A stretch of 64,000 bases of DNA from Chloroflexota bacterium. Lineage in GTDB: Bacteria > Chloroflexota > Limnocylindria > P2-11E. This document shows positions 61,324 through 64,000 of this stretch, in pieces (within the stretch, counting starts at the first letter, position 1; each line of letters begins with the position of its first letter). Both the position numbers and the translations under genes were made by a program. The DNA lies in the NCBI GenBank assembly GCA_027310565.1, contig DAIDAP010000037.1, forward strand, positions 256,163 to 320,162, given 5' to 3'. The notes beneath the pieces were generated by a model, which saw only the letters and a program-made list of their open reading frames with translations, searched no databases and had not been told where the DNA came from.

Positions 61324-61593
61324 TCAGCTCTTGTTCAGCGTCTTCTGCGGTGCCTCGAGCGCGGCGCGGATGCGCTTCTCCGACGGGCGTCCGTACTGCA
61401 CGAACGTGCCGTCGACGAAGATCGCCGGCGGGAAGAGCGCGCCGTTGTCGAGCATGAGCGCTCGGTCCGCCTCGCTGTCAACGATGCGAACCGTCGTGCG
61501 CAGGTCGAACTCACCCGACAGCCGCTCGAGCAGCTTCCGCGCGTCCTCGCACCAGTGGCACCCGGGGGCGGTGAGCACGAGGACCTCGGTCAC
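61324..61593 (-). CDS. Glutaredoxin-like protein
   Basis: TAPGCHWC, FPPAIFVDG, YGR.SE. Confidence 0.75.
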   Translation of the reverse strand: MTEVLVLTAPGCHWCEDARKLLERLSGEFDLRTTVRIVDSEADRALMLDNGALFPPAIFVDGTFVQYGRPSEKRIRAALEAPQKTLNKS

Positions 61594-62243
61594 TTGCCGA
61601 GCGCCTTCGCCACGTCGTCGAGGAGCTGCGGGACCGGCACGTACATCTCGACCGCGTCCTGTCGCCAAAGGACCTTGCCGCTCTGGTCAAGGAGGACGAA
61701 CGCGTGTCCGGGCGTCTGCTCCGGGTGCATGCTCACGAAGACCGTCCCGTACTGTCGAGAGACGCTGAGCGTCTCATCGGAAAGCAGAGGCATGCCGAGG
61801 ACGTTCTCCTGACGCGCTCCCTCCTTCAGTTGGCCTAGCGGGTTGGGCGCGATGCTGACGAGCTTCACATTCAACTCTCCGAGGCGCGCCTCCTCACGCC
61901 GGATGTCGCGCATCTCCTGGAAGCACGGCGGGCAACCCAGCCCCTCCTGGAAGAACAGCAGGACGTTCGACGACTTCTGCGCATCCGCGAGGCGGAACGT
62001 CGTGCCGTTCACGTCGGGAAGGCTGAAGTCCGGCGCGGTCTTGCCGACGACGAGCACGATGCGCGGATCGGTGCCGGCGGTTGCGGTGGTGCCGGCGGTG
62101 TTGCCGGCCGGCTGGGGGGTATCGAACGCGCCCGTGGCGCGGGCGACTCCAATGAGCGCGACGACCGCGACCCCGAGGACGAGCGGCGCGAGCCATGGCC
62201 GCGCCCTACGTGCTCGTCGCCGCTGCCGGTCCGGCTGACCCAT
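61590..62243 (-). CDS. Membrane-anchored AhpC/TSA (redoxin) family protein
   Basis: APDFSL, FQEGLGCPPC, LLSD, PGHAFVL.D. Confidence 0.78.
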   Translation of the reverse strand: MGQPDRQRRRARRARPWLAPLVLGVAVVALIGVARATGAFDTPQPAGNTAGTTATAGTDPRIVLVVGKTAPDFSLPDVNGTTFRLADAQKSSNVLLFFQEGLGCPPCFQEMRDIRREEARLGELNVKLVSIAPNPLGQLKEGARQENVLGMPLLSDETLSVSRQYGTVFVSMHPEQTPGHAFVLLDQSGKVLWRQDAVEMYVPVPQLLDDVAKALGK

Positions 62244-62955
62244 GTGCACCTCCGCGGAACGCCTTGTCCCGCACCCGCTTGTCCGTCGTCACGCGAGGGA
62301 ACGCGCGAGGCGACCGCGAAGGCCGATGTCCCGGCTATCGCCCCCGGACGAGCCCGTCGTCGCCTTCGTAGGCCATCTCGTCTGATACGCCGGAGAGCGC
62401 CTCGTCCGCCCCCGCTGCACCTGCCGCAGGAGGTCACGCTGACTCCGGTACGACAGATCGAGCGTCGCGCCTGGATCCTCGGCGAGGAGCGCACGAATGC
62501 TGCCGTCCCGGTCGGTACGCGTCATCGGCACGATGATGGGGAAGGAGGATTAGCCGGGGCTGTGAGAGCGCTTAGCGCCGCATGAGAGGACGCACGTGTC
62601 CTGTTCGAGCGAGATCCCCGGCGGAGCGCTGCTCCGTCCGGTGCGCAACGTCGTCCCGCGCCATCAGCTGCGACTGCCGCGCGACCTCGCCCTTGCGGCC
62701 GCTCTGTTCGCCCCCTCCGTGGCTCGCGAGATGCGTCGACGCCCGTCCGGCGCCGAGCAGGCGCCGAGCCCGACCCGCCCGGGCCTTTCCGCTCTCAGAC
62801 CCTGCCAAGCCAAGATGCGGCCTCGTCTCAGCGGCGCTGCGTAGCGTGCAGGCCGGAAGCCACGCCCGGGAGGCAGGGATCGACATGGTGCGCACGATCG
62901 AGCGCGTGAGCGTGCGGCTGCACGACGCGCTCGAGGCGACCGTGGCCGCGAGCGC

Positions 62956-63909
62956 GTGAACGGCGCCGGGCGGACGTTCCCGCTGGTCGGCACGGTGCCG
63001 CGGCCTGCGGCCGTTCGCGCGCGTGGCGGTTCGCGCGAGGTCGTACATCGGGCCGGGCCGATCGCCTGCACCGAGATGGGCACGGGAACGCCGACGCTGG
63101 TGTTCCTCCCCGGCCTCGGCGCCACCTCGCGGTACTGGGAGCGGCGTGTGGCGCCGCTCGCCGGATCGCACCGTCTGGTCCTGGTGGACCTGCTGGGCTT
63201 CGGTCGTTCGCCAAAGCCGTGGACCCGCTACACCGTCGAGCGACACGTGGAGGAGCTGCACCGGATCCTCGATGGCCGCGGACCGGTGACGATCGTCGGT
63301 CACTCGTTCGGCTGCACGGTCAGCATGGCCTACGCGTCTCGCCATCCCGAGCAGGTGAGCGGCCTCGTGCTGCTGAGCCCGCCGTACTTCGGGAGCGAGC
63401 GGCAGGCGATCGAGCACGTGCGGGGTGCCTACGCGCCCATCGGGTGGATCCTCACGAACATCGCGCTCGCGAGCGTGGCCTGCGTCGTCACCCGGCGCGT
63501 GCTGGGGCGCCTGCTGCCCTACCTCATCCGCGATCAGCCGCGCGAGCTGGTCGAGGACCTGGTGCGCCACACCTGGCGCTCGTTCACCTCCACCCTATGG
63601 GAGGGCATCTACCGCTACGACCCCGGTGCGGACGCGGTGCACCTGCCGCCGCGGCTGCCCGTGCTCATCCTGCACGGGGACCAGGACCGGACCGCGCCGC
63701 TCGACGGCGCCAGGTCGCTCGCCGCAATGATCCCGGGTGCCACGCTGCGCGTGCTCCGCGGCGTCGACCACGACCCGCTCGCGCGACGCACCGCCTGGTG
63801 CGTCGATGTGCTCCACGAGTTCGTCGCCGAGAGGTCGCGTCGACCTCGCGCGCATCGTCGCGACCAACACCCACACGCCTCGTACCCCGCGCTCGAAACG
63901 CACGCCTGA
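62956..63909 (+). CDS. Alpha/beta hydrolase (start uncertain, possibly near 63076)
   Basis: FLPGLG, DLLGFGRSPKP, GHSFG, HGDQD, DH. Confidence 0.82.
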   Translation: MNGAGRTFPLVGTVPRPAAVRARGGSREVVHRAGPIACTEMGTGTPTLVFLPGLGATSRYWERRVAPLAGSHRLVLVDLLGFGRSPKPWTRYTVERHVEELHRILDGRGPVTIVGHSFGCTVSMAYASRHPEQVSGLVLLSPPYFGSERQAIEHVRGAYAPIGWILTNIALASVACVVTRRVLGRLLPYLIRDQPRELVEDLVRHTWRSFTSTLWEGIYRYDPGADAVHLPPRLPVLILHGDQDRTAPLDGARSLAAMIPGATLRVLRGVDHDPLARRTAWCVDVLHEFVAERSRRPRAHRRDQHPHASYPALETHA

Positions 63910-63945
63910 TCGCCCCGACCGCTCGATGCGTCAGACGTCACACTG

Positions 63946-64000
63946 AGGCGACGGTGGGAATCGAACCCACGGTCGGGGTTTTGCAGACCCCTGCCTTAAC
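63946..64000 (-). tRNA. tRNA-Cys(GCA), 5' end beyond window
   Basis: GGGGT-CTGCAAA-ACCCC anticodon arm, GTGGGTTCGATTCCCAC T-arm, U73 discriminator. Confidence 0.92.

Noticed and set aside
62250-62955. ORFs 62244..62585, 62289..62531, 62582..62959
   Set aside because: No recognisable motifs or consistent coding bias; probably decayed or non-coding.

Overview
High-GC (roughly 70% by eye) bacterial chromosome segment, most consistent with Chloroflexota, possibly Limnocylindria/Ellin6529-like. This is inferred from the alpha-aminoadipate lysine genes, sortase/LCP proteins, monoderm-type tad locus and F420-dependent enzyme, not from a marker gene. Left to right: 5' end of ileS under a T-box leader; a GGDEF-RHH fusion; NUDIX; ABC-2 exporter; LCP; ilvE; Ca/Na exchanger; BMP nucleoside ABC transporter; a tripartite tricarboxylate transporter + FadR-type GntR + three-subunit oxalate-oxidoreductase-like OFOR; a collagen/Ig-repeat protein followed by a patch of decayed genes; rpsF-ssb-rpsR; tRNA-Leu; a signal-less DMSO-reductase-family molybdoenzyme with a NrfC-NrfD fusion, DsrE remnant and TauE; a tad pilus locus containing a sortase-fold gene, followed by an LPSTS-tailed CnaB/SdrD-repeat adhesin and a second sortase-fold gene; hcs-lysT-lysU under a lysine riboswitch; ECF sigma/anti-sigma plus a Cys-repeat secreted protein; Pat acetyltransferase; PFK; type II glutamine synthetase; and an accessory islet (SNase, IS21 remnant, ccdA-thioredoxin cassette) ending at tRNA-Cys. 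Most notable: (i) both sortase-fold proteins have Ser at the catalytic Cys position, beside an intact sorting-signal substrate; (ii) an OOR-clade enzyme with an altered active-site loop; (iii) a TGGTCAGACC operator recurring at four dispersed promoter regions; (iv) a lysine riboswitch on AAA-pathway genes; (v) a short-Stem-I ileS T-box with a terminator. All calls come from reading the sequence and recalled family motifs; no searches were run, and start codons were re-picked by eye.
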